DNA of 64,000 nucleotides from an uncultured Eubacteriales bacterium. Lineage in GTDB: Bacteria > Bacillota > Clostridia > Oscillospirales > CAG-272. Location of the stretch: contig CAKRYT010000002.1 in assembly GCA_934432675.1 (NCBI GenBank), positions 162,420 to 226,419 of the forward strand, given 5' to 3'. Every line of letters starts with the position of its first letter. Within the stretch, counting starts at the first letter, position 1. Below are positions 38,144-48,358 of the stretch, one piece after another. The notes beneath the pieces are model-generated. The model saw only the letters and a program-made list of their open reading frames with translations. It was not told where the DNA came from and did not search any database. The position numbers and the translations under genes were made by a program.

Positions 38144-39748
38144 TCAGCCGAGGTTCTGGAAGATGCGGTCTCCGTATTTGGTGATGTGGACGTAGAGGAC
38201 GATCGAGGCGATGAGCGGGATGACGGCGGCAATCGCCATCCCGAGCGCGGGGATACCGAGCAGGATGCCGACGACGATGCCCGGAGCCATTGCCATCATA
38301 CTGCCGACCGACCCGATGAGCATGGTAAAGCCGACGGCACCCGACTGTTTGAGCACCTGCGTCTCGTCCGAGAAGTCAAAACGCGGCAGGGCAATGTTCA
38401 TCATGAGCCCGATGAGCACGATCGCCGCGTTGTAGACCTGCGGTACGATGAGGAGCGCAATGACGGCGGCGACGGAGGGACGGATGGCAATCGCACAGGT
38501 CACGGACGCGATGAGGGTCAGCGGTGCCGAGAGGATCATGTGCGGGACGAGTTTGGCTTTCAGCACGGTATGACCGGGGAGCGGTAGGGATTGGAGAATA
38601 TAGATGTTCTGCCCCTCCATCGACACTGCGGAGGCGGAGAACAGGGTCATAGAGGCGAGGAACGAGAGGAGCCCTGCGGCAATCGCCGCAATCATATCGG
38701 CGGGGATGCCTTCGGCCAGGACCTCGTCCACCGGGACGAATAAGACACCGACGGCAATAAGGAGCGTCAGGAGCATTCCCATTCCGCCGTTCAGCATATA
38801 CGCGGAACTGCCGCCGATACGGCGGAATTCGTTTCTGATGAGCGCGGTATACTGTGACCCCGCGCGGGTGACCTTGGCACGGTACACCGCCCGGGCACCG
38901 CCGCGCTGCCTCGTCGCAACGGCGAGGAAGGTCGCCGAAAGGATCCCGATGAGGATCGCGAACGGCACCAGCATAAAGGCGAGATAAACGAAGAGCCACG
39001 CGAAGTTACCGCCCGCCGCCGCAATCCCAAAGGCACGGAAGGGGAAGAACAGGGGCCCGCGCATACTTTCCGCGAGTTTCATTGCCAGCTCTTCGGTGAT
39101 GGCGACCCCGCCGCCGAGTTTCATGCACCCGTAGAGGTAGACGACGAAGATGACGGCCCCGAGGATGGTGGAGACGATTGCCGGATTCTTCATACGGGAG
39201 GTGATGAGGAAGAGCAACCAACCGACAAAACTGGACAGTGCGAGCGACAGCCCGGGCATACAGATGACCCCGAGGAGGATGGCGATGACGCCGGTCACCG
39301 ACGCGTGACCCAGGGCACACCAGACGATGATGGCGGGCAGAACGATGATGAGTTCAAAGAGAAAGTCGGTGAGCACGATCATGAGCATCCGCGAGAGCAG
39401 GATGTCCCGCGGACGGATCGGCAGAGAGAGGAGAGCTTCGTTGTCTTTTGCCTCGAAAAGCTGGCTCTTCGCCGTAAAGATGGTGAAGATGAAGTCCACG
39501 AGGAACACGAGCGTCGCGAGGACCGCAAAGTAGAGCCACGCGTTCTCGGTGCCGCCGACGATGCTCCCGAGGGCGTGGAAGAACATTCCCGACATCCCCA
39601 TGAAGACAACGCCGCAGTAGGCGAGGAGGACGGCGAGCAGAATCATGGCACCGCGGCTGCGCGGTTTCGTCGTCCCTTTCTTCGATCGGCGGTTGCCGAG
39701 GGAGGACAGGAGTCCGGCGAGTTGGAGTTTCAGCAGTGTTTTCAGCAT
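38144..39748 (-). CDS. large ABC exporter permease (ABC-2/putative-ABC-exporter type)
   Basis: 534-aa protein with about 12 TM segments. The N-terminus is MLKTLLKLQLAGLLSSLGNRRSKKG…. It starts 16 nt after the ATPase stop, with an AAGGAGA RBS. Confidence 0.75.
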   Translation of the reverse strand: MLKTLLKLQLAGLLSSLGNRRSKKGTTKPRSRGAMILLAVLLAYCGVVFMGMSGMFFHALGSIVGGTENAWLYFAVLATLVFLVDFIFTIFTAKSQLFEAKDNEALLSLPIRPRDILLSRMLMIVLTDFLFELIIVLPAIIVWCALGHASVTGVIAILLGVICMPGLSLALSSFVGWLLFLITSRMKNPAIVSTILGAVIFVVYLYGCMKLGGGVAITEELAMKLAESMRGPLFFPFRAFGIAAAGGNFAWLFVYLAFMLVPFAILIGILSATFLAVATRQRGGARAVYRAKVTRAGSQYTALIRNEFRRIGGSSAYMLNGGMGMLLTLLIAVGVLFVPVDEVLAEGIPADMIAAIAAGLLSFLASMTLFSASAVSMEGQNIYILQSLPLPGHTVLKAKLVPHMILSAPLTLIASVTCAIAIRPSVAAVIALLIVPQVYNAAIVLIGLMMNIALPRFDFSDETQVLKQSGAVGFTMLIGSVGSMMAMAPGIVVGILLGIPALGMAIAAVIPLIASIVLYVHITKYGDRIFQNLG

Positions 39749-39763
39749 GGCGTCTCCTTACCC

Positions 39764-40477
39764 TTACGCGTCCTCGTCGACGAGTTCGAGGAAGGCGTCT
39801 TCCAGGCTTTCATCGCCCTTGACTTCTTCGGTCGTGCCGGCGCGGAGCAGTTTGCCGTTCTTGATGATGGCAATCTTATCGCACAGGCGTTCTGCCACGT
39901 CCAGGACGTGGGTCGAGAAGAAGATGGCACCGCCGCGTTCGCAGTGCTCACGCATCATTTCCTTGAGCAGATGCGATGCCTGCGGGTCGAGCCCGACGAA
40001 GGGCTCATCCATGAGGATGAGGCGGGGCTCATGCAGGAATGCCGCAATGAGGGCGAGCCGCTGCTTCATACCGTGCGAATAGCCGGAGACCTGCTGGGCG
40101 AGGGCATCGGTGAGCTGGAATTTTTCCGAGAGTTCCGCGATGCGGGCACCCCGCACATCGGCGGGGATGCCGAACACGTCCGCAATGAAATTCAGGTATT
40201 TGATGCCGGTGAGGAATGGGTAAAGTTCGGGGTTGTCCGGCAGGTAGGCGATGATCTTCTTCGCCGTGAGCGGATTTTCACGGATGGAAATCCCGTCGAT
40301 GTAAATCTCGCCGGCGTCCGGGGCGAGGATCCCCGCGCACGCTTTGAGAGTTGTGGTCTTACCGGCACCGTTGTGTCCGATGAAACCGTAGATCTCGCCG
40401 GGGGCGATACGGAGCGTCAGGTCGTCGACGGCGACCTTCTCTCCGAAACGTTTGGTGTAGTGCTCAATTCTTAACAT
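39764..40477 (-). CDS. ABC transporter ATP-binding protein
   Basis: Walker A GHNGAGKTT, signature YSHGMKQR, Walker B LILMDEP; 237 aa. Confidence 0.9.
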   Translation of the reverse strand: MLRIEHYTKRFGEKVAVDDLTLRIAPGEIYGFIGHNGAGKTTTLKACAGILAPDAGEIYIDGISIRENPLTAKKIIAYLPDNPELYPFLTGIKYLNFIADVFGIPADVRGARIAELSEKFQLTDALAQQVSGYSHGMKQRLALIAAFLHEPRLILMDEPFVGLDPQASHLLKEMMREHCERGGAIFFSTHVLDVAERLCDKIAIIKNGKLLRAGTTEEVKGDESLEDAFLELVDEDA

Positions 40478-40512
40478 GGCGGTCTCCTGTCGTTATATGT
40501 AATGGAAGTGAT

Positions 40513-41547
40513 TTACTTTTCAAAGTAGGTGAGCGGGGTGGCGTAGCAGTGGGCACCGCCCGTGAATTTGCCGAAAATATAGCGGTTGCAGGCGGATTCG
40601 TTCATGACGTAGATCTTGCCGTCCAGAACGAGCGGCTCCTCCGCCATGGGGGGCAGTGAGGCGCGCGTGACGAGCGCGGTGTCGTCCAGGGCGTAACAGG
40701 GGAGCGTTACACCGAGGACGGTGACGTCCTGCACCCGCTGTATTTTGCCCGTGTCATAGACGGAGAGGGAGGAGTGGGCGAGTGCCCAGGAGCCCGTGAC
40801 GTACGCCCGCCCCTCGGAAAAGGCAATCCCCTGTGCAAGGTCGGGGAGGGAGAGGGCGGCGGTCGGTACAGTGGCTACGCCGACGGGCGACGCAGGGTCG
40901 AGCGGGTAACAGAGCGCGAGTGCGCGCTGGGTCACGCCGGACGGGCAGGTGACGTAATGATTTGCGGGCGTTTCGTAATTGCCGGGGCGATAGAATTCGC
41001 CGACGATGAGACGGTTGCCCTGCACTTGCAGAAAGGCGGGACCGAGGTGGTCGCCTTCATCCGTTGCGAGATAGCAGGAGAGGGAGCCGACGGCGGTCAT
41101 GGTGCCGCCGTCCTGCGTCGTTTCCAGGTCGGCGCGGGCAAAGACGTGTACTTTCGCGTCCTCGCCGCCTGCAAGGTAGACGAAGTCGCCGCCGACGGCG
41201 ACACCGCCCGCGTGCCCCCCATAGGGAGTGCCGTCCGGGAGTGCGTAGTACAGTGTTTTTTGCAGTTTTCCGTCACTGCCGACGAGGTACAGCGGGGAGG
41301 GATCTCCCTCTTTATCGTACCCGGTGACGAGGTAAGTGCCGCGGGCACTGTCATAATCCAGCCCCTGCGGGATGAAACCGTCCCCGAGCCCGGGGATCTT
41401 GAAGGCGCGCTCCGAGGCGCGGTAGTAACCGAGGTGCGGCAGACGCACGTAGGCGCGCACACCGAGGAGCAACAGCAGCGGGATGAGAAGCAGAACGGCG
41501 GTGACCGCCGTGATGATTTTGGCTTTGCGGCTCATTTTCGTTTGCAT
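40513..41547 (-). CDS. hypothetical N-terminally membrane-anchored extracytoplasmic protein (beta-propeller-like?)
   Basis: I chose the ATG at 41547 (CGGAGGC RBS). There is a single TM (AKIITAVTAVLLLIPLLLLLGV) followed by a ~300-aa Gly/Tyr/Val-rich, beta-strand-like domain. It is the first gene of the ABC operon. Confidence 0.6.
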   Translation of the reverse strand: MQTKMSRKAKIITAVTAVLLLIPLLLLLGVRAYVRLPHLGYYRASERAFKIPGLGDGFIPQGLDYDSARGTYLVTGYDKEGDPSPLYLVGSDGKLQKTLYYALPDGTPYGGHAGGVAVGGDFVYLAGGEDAKVHVFARADLETTQDGGTMTAVGSLSCYLATDEGDHLGPAFLQVQGNRLIVGEFYRPGNYETPANHYVTCPSGVTQRALALCYPLDPASPVGVATVPTAALSLPDLAQGIAFSEGRAYVTGSWALAHSSLSVYDTGKIQRVQDVTVLGVTLPCYALDDTALVTRASLPPMAEEPLVLDGKIYVMNESACNRYIFGKFTGGAHCYATPLTYFEK

Positions 41548-41602
41548 AAAGAAGCCTCCGAAGTATGTTTTCGCGGTGTTACCGTGTGTTACGAACATTG
41601 CA

Positions 41603-41631
41603 ATTATAGCACATTTTTCCACCGATAACAA
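41603..41631 (-). promoter_or_regulatory. sigma-A-type promoter of the anchored-protein/ABC operon
   Basis: On the minus strand: TTGTTA, a 17-nt spacer, then TATAAT. Confidence 0.6.
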
Positions 41632-41669
41632 GACGTATTTTGCCACGCCCCGAAAGAGGACTGTGACCA

Positions 41670-41700
41670 CAGGAAAAGCCCCGCGCCGTGGCGCGGGGCT
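41670..41700 (-). terminator. terminator after the 340-aa membrane protein gene
   Basis: On the minus strand: AGCCCCGCGCC…GGCGCGGGGCT followed by TTTTCCT. Confidence 0.65.
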
Positions 41701-41760
41701 TCGGACGCGCCGTGGGGCGCGTGCCATGCGGTGCCTGCGGCACCGCGGGTGGGCAGAGAT

Positions 41761-42783
41761 TTATGCATTTGCCGCGGCGGTCTGCGCGTGGCGGATCTCC
41801 GTATCCTCGGCGGCGAACTCGATAAAGAGCTGGACGAGGAGCATGAAGGCGATCGGTACGAGGCAGAACAGCGTCGCGCCGGTACCGGTGAGCCCTATGA
41901 GGGAGATGAGCCCGGGGGTGACAAACACGAGGACGAGCGAGCCGATACCCGAGAAGATACGACCGATGAAACGGGTGAGCATCGCGCCCGTGGTCTCGGA
42001 TGCCGCAAACTTCTCGCCCGTATGGCAGAAGACACGGCGGCACACGGAGGAGATAAGACCGAGCATGAACGCGAGGACGACGGCGGCACCGACGAAGATG
42101 CCGCATTCCGTGAGTCCCTTTTCACCGAAGGTGAGCGTTTTCAGATCCAGCACGACCCCGGTGATCGACGCATAGGCAGGGGAGTCGATGACGCCGGCCT
42201 GCGTGAGGGTCAGGAGCAGAGACCCGAAGAAGATTATGCCGAACAGGGCGTGCCAGACGGAGGAAATGTGCATCCGATATTTGCCGGACACGATGAGATA
42301 AAGCGGCACGAACACGAGCGCGCAGTATTCAAGGAGCACGAAGAGGGGTACGGAGGCGGTGAAAATATCCGTGAAGGAAGTCGTCGCCAGCCACGTGGGG
42401 AAGATAAATCCGAGCAGCCCCGCAGTGAGCGGAACGGTGCATACGAGCCCGTACAGACCCTGCGTCAGGTAGGCATCCGGGAAGAAAATCCCCCAGAGGA
42501 GTGCGAACGCGAACGCAAGCAGTACCACGGGGATAAAGGTCCCGCCGCTCTTATAAATCCGTGTCAGCACGGAAAGCCCGGTCAAATCGCCGAGCTTGGG
42601 AATGAGGCGGATGGCGGCACCGCACAAAAGCATAAGAACCACGACCGCCCGCGCGATGACGGAGAGGACTTTATGTTTCCTCGGCAGCAACATCGCGATG
42701 AGCAGGAGGACGACGGGGATACACACGAGCGCAATGCGGTCGGTGAGCCCCATGGACTCATAGGCATTCAGAGAAAAGAACAT
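41761..42783 (-). CDS. hypothetical polytopic membrane protein
   Basis: 340 aa from the ATG at 42783 (GGAAGGAG RBS), with about 9-10 hydrophobic helices. I recognised no family. Confidence 0.6.
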   Translation of the reverse strand: MFFSLNAYESMGLTDRIALVCIPVVLLLIAMLLPRKHKVLSVIARAVVVLMLLCGAAIRLIPKLGDLTGLSVLTRIYKSGGTFIPVVLLAFAFALLWGIFFPDAYLTQGLYGLVCTVPLTAGLLGFIFPTWLATTSFTDIFTASVPLFVLLEYCALVFVPLYLIVSGKYRMHISSVWHALFGIIFFGSLLLTLTQAGVIDSPAYASITGVVLDLKTLTFGEKGLTECGIFVGAAVVLAFMLGLISSVCRRVFCHTGEKFAASETTGAMLTRFIGRIFSGIGSLVLVFVTPGLISLIGLTGTGATLFCLVPIAFMLLVQLFIEFAAEDTEIRHAQTAAANA

Positions 42784-42848
42784 GACTGTACTCCTTCCCG
42801 ATAGATAAAATGGCATTTTACGCACCAAAATCTGATAAAATCTAATAA

Positions 42849-42877
42849 ATTGTAGCATGCCCGCGCGAAAATGTCAA
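42849..42877 (-). promoter_or_regulatory. sigma-A-type promoter of the 340-aa membrane protein gene
   Basis: On the minus strand: TTGACA, a 17-nt spacer, then TACAAT. Confidence 0.6.
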
Positions 42878-42940
42878 TCATTTATGGGCAAATTCCCCAC
42901 AAGGGATCCCAAAAGCCGCGTTTTCGTCGCCCGCCCCGCG

Positions 42941-45040
42941 TCAGCGCACGCCGAAAGTGAGTTCCCCGTAGGTCGGCACCGGCCACGCACGCAGGTCGGT
43001 GTACTCCTCCATGGCGTCGACGGTACGGCGGAGTGCCTCCATCGTCGGGATGACGTGTTCCTTGAACGCCACCGCCGCCTCTTCCGCGTCGGCGAGACTG
43101 GCGGCTGCCGCCGCCTCCGCTTTGAGGTTTTCGGTTTCGGAGAACGCCTCCTCCGTCAGATCGGTCAGACGCCCGATGAGCGTCCCCTCCATGTGGCAGG
43201 CGGCACCGACGGACGACTTCTTCGCCGCCATGACGTCGGACAGTGTGCGGATATAATCGTTGACGGCGGGGATATAGTCCTTCATCGCCATGTCGATCAT
43301 GGTGCATGCCTCGATGTTGAGGATCTTCTCGTAATTTTCAAACAGGATCTCGCGGCGCGAGGTGAGTTCGGTACGGCTCATGACACCGTGGGCCTCGAAG
43401 AGACGCACGTTCTTCTCGTCCGTCAGGCAGGGAAAGACGTCGACCGAGGTCGGGTAGTTGCGGAGCCCGCGGCGCGCCGCCTCCTCCGTCCACTCCCGCG
43501 AGTAACCGTTGCCGTTGAAGATGATGCGTGCGTGAAGACCGAGTTCACGCCGCAGGAGTGCGCGGACGGCGGCGGTAAAGTCCTCCGCCCCTTCCAGTTC
43601 GTCCGCGTAGTGCCGCAGGCTCTCCGCCACGGCGGTATTGAGCACGATGTTCGGCATCGCGATATTCTGCGAGGAGCCGACCATACGGAACTCAAATTTG
43701 TTTCCGGTAAAGGCAAAGGGGCTGGTGCGGTTGCGGTCGGTCGTGTCGCGCAGGAAGGTCGGGATGGAGGGGGAGTGCAGGTCCACGTAGGAGCGTTGCA
43801 CGTCGCGGTGCTCCTCCCCCGCGATGATGGCGTTGACGACGCGGGTCAGGTCGTCCCCGAGAAAGACCGAGACGATCGCGGGCGGGGCCTCGTTGGCACC
43901 GAGGCGGTGGTCGTTCGATGCCGAGGCGACCGACAGGCGGAGCAGGTCCTGGTAATCGTCAACGGCGGAGATGACCGCCGTCAGAAAGACGAGAAATTGC
44001 AGATTTTCCGCCGGCTTTTTCCCCGGCTTCGTGAGGTTTTTGCCCGTATCGGTCGAGAGTGACCAGTTGTTGTGCTTGCCCGAGCCGTTGATGCCCGCAA
44101 AGGGCTTTTCGTGGAGCAGGCAGACCATGCCGTGGCGTTCCGCAACGTGTTTCATGGTCTCCATCATGAGCAGATTCTGGTCGATAGCGAGGTTGGCCGA
44201 GGTGTAGACGGGCGCGAGCTCGTGCTGGGAGGGCGCGACCTCGTTGTGTTTGGTCTTGGCGGGGATGCCCAGTTCCCAGAGTTCACGGTCGAGTTCCGCC
44301 ATGAAAGCACCGACGCGCGTTTTAAGCGGCCCGTAATAGTGGTCGTCGAGCTGCTGCCCCTTGGGGGCGGGGGCACCGAACAGGGTCCTGCCCGTATAGA
44401 ACAGGTCGCGCCGCGCATCGTACTGCTCGCGGTCGATGAGGAAGTATTCCTGCTCTGCACCGACCGAGGTGTCGACCCGCATGGTTTCGGTATCGCCGAA
44501 CAGGCGCAGGATGCGTACCGCCTCACGCGAGAGGCTATCGATGGAGCGGATGAGCGGGGTCTTGGTGTCCAGTGCCTCGCCCGTGTAGGAGCAGAAAACG
44601 GTCGGGATGTAAAGGGAGCCGTCTTTCACAAACGTGAAGGAGGCGGGGTCCCACGCCGTGTAGCCGCGCGCCTCGAACGTGGCGCGGAGGCCGCCGGAAG
44701 GGAAGGAAGAAGCGTCCGACTCCCCTTTGATGAGTTCCTTACCGGAAAAATCGAGAATGACGCGACTGCGGGAGACGGGGGTCAGAAACGCCTCGTGCTT
44801 CTCTGCCGTTACGCCCGTCAGCGGCTGGAACCAGTGGGTATAGTGCGTGGCACCCTGCTCGATCGCCCAGTCTTTCATCGCCGCGGCGACGACGTCGGCG
44901 ATCCCCGGGTCAAGTTCCGACCCGGTGGCGATGGTGGCGGCAATGGAGCGGTACACGTTCTCCGGCAGGCGTTTTTTCATAACGTCGTCGTTGAAGACCC
45001 GGCAGCCGAAACGCTCCGGTGTGAAGTCAAAATCGGACAT
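42941..45040 (-). CDS. glnA: type III glutamine synthetase
   Basis: 699 aa from the ATG at 45040 (AAAGGAAA RBS). The N-terminus (FG..VFNDDVMKKRLP…YHTHWFQPLTG.TAEKH) and overall length match GSIII. Confidence 0.88.
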   Translation of the reverse strand: MSDFDFTPERFGCRVFNDDVMKKRLPENVYRSIAATIATGSELDPGIADVVAAAMKDWAIEQGATHYTHWFQPLTGVTAEKHEAFLTPVSRSRVILDFSGKELIKGESDASSFPSGGLRATFEARGYTAWDPASFTFVKDGSLYIPTVFCSYTGEALDTKTPLIRSIDSLSREAVRILRLFGDTETMRVDTSVGAEQEYFLIDREQYDARRDLFYTGRTLFGAPAPKGQQLDDHYYGPLKTRVGAFMAELDRELWELGIPAKTKHNEVAPSQHELAPVYTSANLAIDQNLLMMETMKHVAERHGMVCLLHEKPFAGINGSGKHNNWSLSTDTGKNLTKPGKKPAENLQFLVFLTAVISAVDDYQDLLRLSVASASNDHRLGANEAPPAIVSVFLGDDLTRVVNAIIAGEEHRDVQRSYVDLHSPSIPTFLRDTTDRNRTSPFAFTGNKFEFRMVGSSQNIAMPNIVLNTAVAESLRHYADELEGAEDFTAAVRALLRRELGLHARIIFNGNGYSREWTEEAARRGLRNYPTSVDVFPCLTDEKNVRLFEAHGVMSRTELTSRREILFENYEKILNIEACTMIDMAMKDYIPAVNDYIRTLSDVMAAKKSSVGAACHMEGTLIGRLTDLTEEAFSETENLKAEAAAAASLADAEEAAVAFKEHVIPTMEALRRTVDAMEEYTDLRAWPVPTYGELTFGVR

Positions 45041-45205
45041 GGTATTTCCTTTCTGGTTGGATGTTCGCGGGGGTGACATATGCCGTACGGCACGGACAAG
45101 GCGCGCACGGGGGCCGCGGATGCGGCGTGGACTGTGTGCGGGAATATCGCGGGTGCGGTGCGGGAAAAGGTCACCGCGACACGCGGAAATACGGCGTCGG
45201 GCAGG

Positions 45206-45805
45206 TCAGAATCCGGCGCGCCAGAGCGCGCGACGCACCGCCTCGGGGGAGAGGCCGAGGGCGATCTGCTTCTCACGGAAAAGCCGTTTGTTTTCCTCAA
45301 AGTCCGCGTCGCCTGCGGCGATTGCCGCATCGATGGCGTGGGACACCGCCGCGCTCGGATAGCCACGGCGGAGGAGATAGGCGTGCGTTTTGCGGCGGCT
45401 CCATCCCTTGCCCGCGCAACGGGCGGCGAGCCGCTCGGCACTGTCCGCCTCTTTCAGGTACCCGAGTCTTTCCACTTCGTCGAGTGCCGCGCGGGCGGCA
45501 TCGTCTCCGTGCCCTTTGCGGCGCAGTTTCAGATACAGGTTCCGTCGGCTCTCGTCGCCGCGGGCGAGTGACCCGAGGGCGGAGGCGAGTGCGCGACGTT
45601 CCGCCACGTGGGCGAGCAACCGTTCCAGTTCCTCCTCGGAGAGGAGGTAGCCCGCCGCTGGCGCACCGAGGTCCACGTAGAATTTTTCTGCCACCGGATA
45701 GGAGACGGAGCCCTCCTCGCCGCGCACGACCAGTGTCAGTCTGCCCGGCACGTTCCCGTGTCGGACGGCGAGGAGGGTGCCCGGGGCGGCATCCTCACTC
45801 CGCAT
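45206..45805 (-). CDS. recX: recombination regulator RecX
   Basis: 199-aa helical-repeat protein (…[27 protein letters not shown]…AYLLRRGY…). It overlaps the recA stop by 11 nt. Confidence 0.8.
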   Translation of the reverse strand: MRSEDAAPGTLLAVRHGNVPGRLTLVVRGEEGSVSYPVAEKFYVDLGAPAAGYLLSEEELERLLAHVAERRALASALGSLARGDESRRNLYLKLRRKGHGDDAARAALDEVERLGYLKEADSAERLAARCAGKGWSRRKTHAYLLRRGYPSAAVSHAIDAAIAAGDADFEENKRLFREKQIALGLSPEAVRRALWRAGF

Positions 45806-46919
45806 CGTCTATCGAGAAGTCGCGGATGTCGAAGTCGTCCTCGCCGTCACCGCCGAGGGAGGGGTCATCCTGCTGTGCCGAGCCACCCGCCAGGGCGGCG
45901 CGCACCTGCTCTTCCAATTTGGCGAGCAGGGCAGGGTCGCTTTCGATGCCGGCGCGGGCGTTGTCCTTGCCCTGCCAGCGGTTGCCGTCGTAGGAGAAGA
46001 AGGAGCCGCTCTTTTCGACAAATCCGAAACGCAGACCCGCGTCAAAAATCTCGTTGGTCTTGGAAATGCCTTTGCCGTACAGAATATCGAATTCGGCGGT
46101 GCGGAACGGCGGAGCCACCTTGTTCTTGACGACCTTCGCCTTGGTGCGGCTGCCGTAGATCTCGCTGCCGTTTTTCAGAATCTCGCCTTTGCGGACCTCG
46201 ATACGGACGGAGGCGTAGAATTTCAGGGCTCTGCCGCCCGGGGTGACCTCCGGGTTGCCGTACATGACGCCCACCTTTTCACGCAACTGGTTGATGAAGA
46301 TGAGCACGCAGTTGGACTTGGAGACGGCACCGCTGAGTTTGCGGAGTGCCTGGCTCATGAGGCGCGCCTGCACGCCGACGTGCGACTGTCCCATATCGCC
46401 CTCGATTTCCTGCTGGGGCACGAGTGCCGCCACCGAGTCGATGACGATGACGTCGATCGCGTGCGAGTCGACGAGCCGCTCCGCGATTTCGAGTGCCTGC
46501 TCGCCGCTGTCCGGCTGGGAGATGAGCAGGTCGTTGATGTTGACACCGAGGTTTTTCGCATAGACGGGGTCGAGCGCGTGTTCCGCGTCGATGAACGCCG
46601 CCTCGCCGCCCATCTTCTGCACCTCGGCGACGATGTGCAGGGCGACGGTGGTCTTACCGGAGGATTCCGGCCCGTAGATCTCGACGATGCGCCCGCGCGG
46701 CACACCGCCGACGCCGAGGGCAATGTCCAGATTGAGAGACCCCGTGGGGATGGCACTGACCTCCATGTGCGCGTTTTCGCCGAGGCGCATGATGGTACCC
46801 TTGCCGAGGTCGCGCTCAATACGCGTGATGGTCGCTTCCAGAGCAGCTTTTTTATCGCCTACCGGTACTTCCGGCGTTTTGGCGTTCTTTGCGGGTTTGG
46901 TGGTTTTTTTTGCTGGCAT
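45795..46919 (-). CDS. recA: recombinase RecA
   Basis: Contains [16 protein letters not shown] (Walker A), [20 protein letters not shown] and an acidic C-terminal tail; 374 aa. Confidence 0.97.
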   Translation of the reverse strand: MPAKKTTKPAKNAKTPEVPVGDKKAALEATITRIERDLGKGTIMRLGENAHMEVSAIPTGSLNLDIALGVGGVPRGRIVEIYGPESSGKTTVALHIVAEVQKMGGEAAFIDAEHALDPVYAKNLGVNINDLLISQPDSGEQALEIAERLVDSHAIDVIVIDSVAALVPQQEIEGDMGQSHVGVQARLMSQALRKLSGAVSKSNCVLIFINQLREKVGVMYGNPEVTPGGRALKFYASVRIEVRKGEILKNGSEIYGSRTKAKVVKNKVAPPFRTAEFDILYGKGISKTNEIFDAGLRFGFVEKSGSFFSYDGNRWQGKDNARAGIESDPALLAKLEEQVRAALAGGSAQQDDPSLGGDGEDDFDIRDFSIDDAE

Positions 46920-46964
46920 GGCGAGCCTCCTGTTTTTTATGTAAATGGACGTGTTAGCAGTGGA

Positions 46965-48242
46965 TCAGAGTGCGATTTCGGTTGCGCCGACGGGGCGGAC
47001 GGAAAGCATCATGACGGCACCCGCGCCGAAGATGCTGTCCATGACGGCGCGGTAGTCTTCGGCGAGTTCCGTCTTCACGAACGCCTGGATGGTACCGGCA
47101 AAGCCGCCGCCGTGGACGCGCCACGCGCATTCTTTATCGGCGAGGAGCCCCTCGGTCACGGCGAGCGCGAGGGAAAGCCCCTGCTCGGCGACGTTCTTCA
47201 CGGTGAAGACGTTTTGCAGGTACTTGAAAGAAGAGTTGCCCGATGCAATGACGAGCGACAGGAAGGTGGCGAAGTCACCGCGGCGGAGTGCCTCGGTCTG
47301 CTTTTCCACACGGACGTTCTCGCGCAGGAAGTGCAGGGCACGCAGGATGGCGCGGTCGCCGACCGTGCCGCGCAGGATCGGGATGTTTGCAATGACGTCA
47401 CTCTCCGTGAGCCCGCGCAGGACCTCCTGCCCGAGGGCGGCGGCGACCGCCTTCATCTCCGCGGGGACGGACGCATAGTCCTCGTTGAGGTCGGCGTGGT
47501 TGCCGCCCGTGTTGACGATGCAGAGTGTATATCCCGCCTCGGCGAGGGAGAAGGAAACGGGCGTGACCACCGGGTCTTTCGGGTCGGCGAAGTCGATGGA
47601 GAGGAACCCGCCGACGGCACACGCCATCTGGTCCATGAGCCCGCAGGGTTTACCGAAATACGCGTTCTCGGCGTACTGTGCGATTTTCGCCAGCTCCTCG
47701 TTTGCAATCCTGCCGTCGTTGTAAAGGTAGTTCATGATATTGCCGCACTGCACCTCAAAGGCGGCAGAGGAGGAGATACCGGAGCCTTTCAGCACCTCGG
47801 TCGTGGTGTAGGCGTCGTAACCGCCGACCGCGTACCCGCGATCCGCAAAGCCGCGGCAGGTGCCGGCGAGCAGGGCGCAGGAGGAAAAGGGCTTGAACGC
47901 CGCAGGGTCGCCCGTCCGGGCAATCTCGACGGTGTCCTCGGGATACCCCTCGGACTTGATGCGTACCACGCCGTCTTCGTTTTTCGCGGCGACGGCGATG
48001 ATGTCACGGTCGATGGCACCCGCGAGCACCTTCCCGTGGTTGTGGTCGGTATGGTTGCCGCTGATCTCGCTCCTGCCGGGGACGGAGAACAGGCGGATGT
48101 CACGGTCGTCGCCGTACAGGGCGCAGAAGGCGTCGATGGCGTCCGTGTAGCGTTTTGCCTGCGCCGCCGTGTCGGGGTAGAGGTGGGCGTAGGCACCGAG
48201 GGCACCGGCGGCGATGCGGGCTTTCAGTTCGTTTGCGGTCAT
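46965..48242 (-). CDS. galK: galactokinase (long GHMP-kinase type)
   Basis: Galactokinase signature PGRSEISGNHTDHNHG and GHMP motif GSGISSSAA; 425 aa. Confidence 0.85.
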   Translation of the reverse strand: MTANELKARIAAGALGAYAHLYPDTAAQAKRYTDAIDAFCALYGDDRDIRLFSVPGRSEISGNHTDHNHGKVLAGAIDRDIIAVAAKNEDGVVRIKSEGYPEDTVEIARTGDPAAFKPFSSCALLAGTCRGFADRGYAVGGYDAYTTTEVLKGSGISSSAAFEVQCGNIMNYLYNDGRIANEELAKIAQYAENAYFGKPCGLMDQMACAVGGFLSIDFADPKDPVVTPVSFSLAEAGYTLCIVNTGGNHADLNEDYASVPAEMKAVAAALGQEVLRGLTESDVIANIPILRGTVGDRAILRALHFLRENVRVEKQTEALRRGDFATFLSLVIASGNSSFKYLQNVFTVKNVAEQGLSLALAVTEGLLADKECAWRVHGGGFAGTIQAFVKTELAEDYRAVMDSIFGAGAVMMLSVRPVGATEIAL

Positions 48243-48358
48243 GTATGGTCTCTCCTTTAAGGATATTATTATTTTTCACGGTGTGTCATTCGCAAAAGGT
48301 CCGATCACGGGGCCGTACTCGTGTCACGGCTTGCGTGATCTGTGCCGGATGCTCCGGC

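Noticed and set aside
42857-45076. Two long plus-strand ORFs (401 and 334 aa)
   Set aside because: Both are antisense to the type III glutamine synthetase, and their composition is that of shadow ORFs.
45041-45205. Glutamine (glnA RNA) riboswitch or T-box upstream of type III glnA
   Set aside because: The 165-nt leader has GC hairpins but none of the conserved glnA-RNA or T-box core sequences that I can recognise.
45777-48260. 827-aa plus-strand ORF
   Set aside because: It is antisense to recA and galK.
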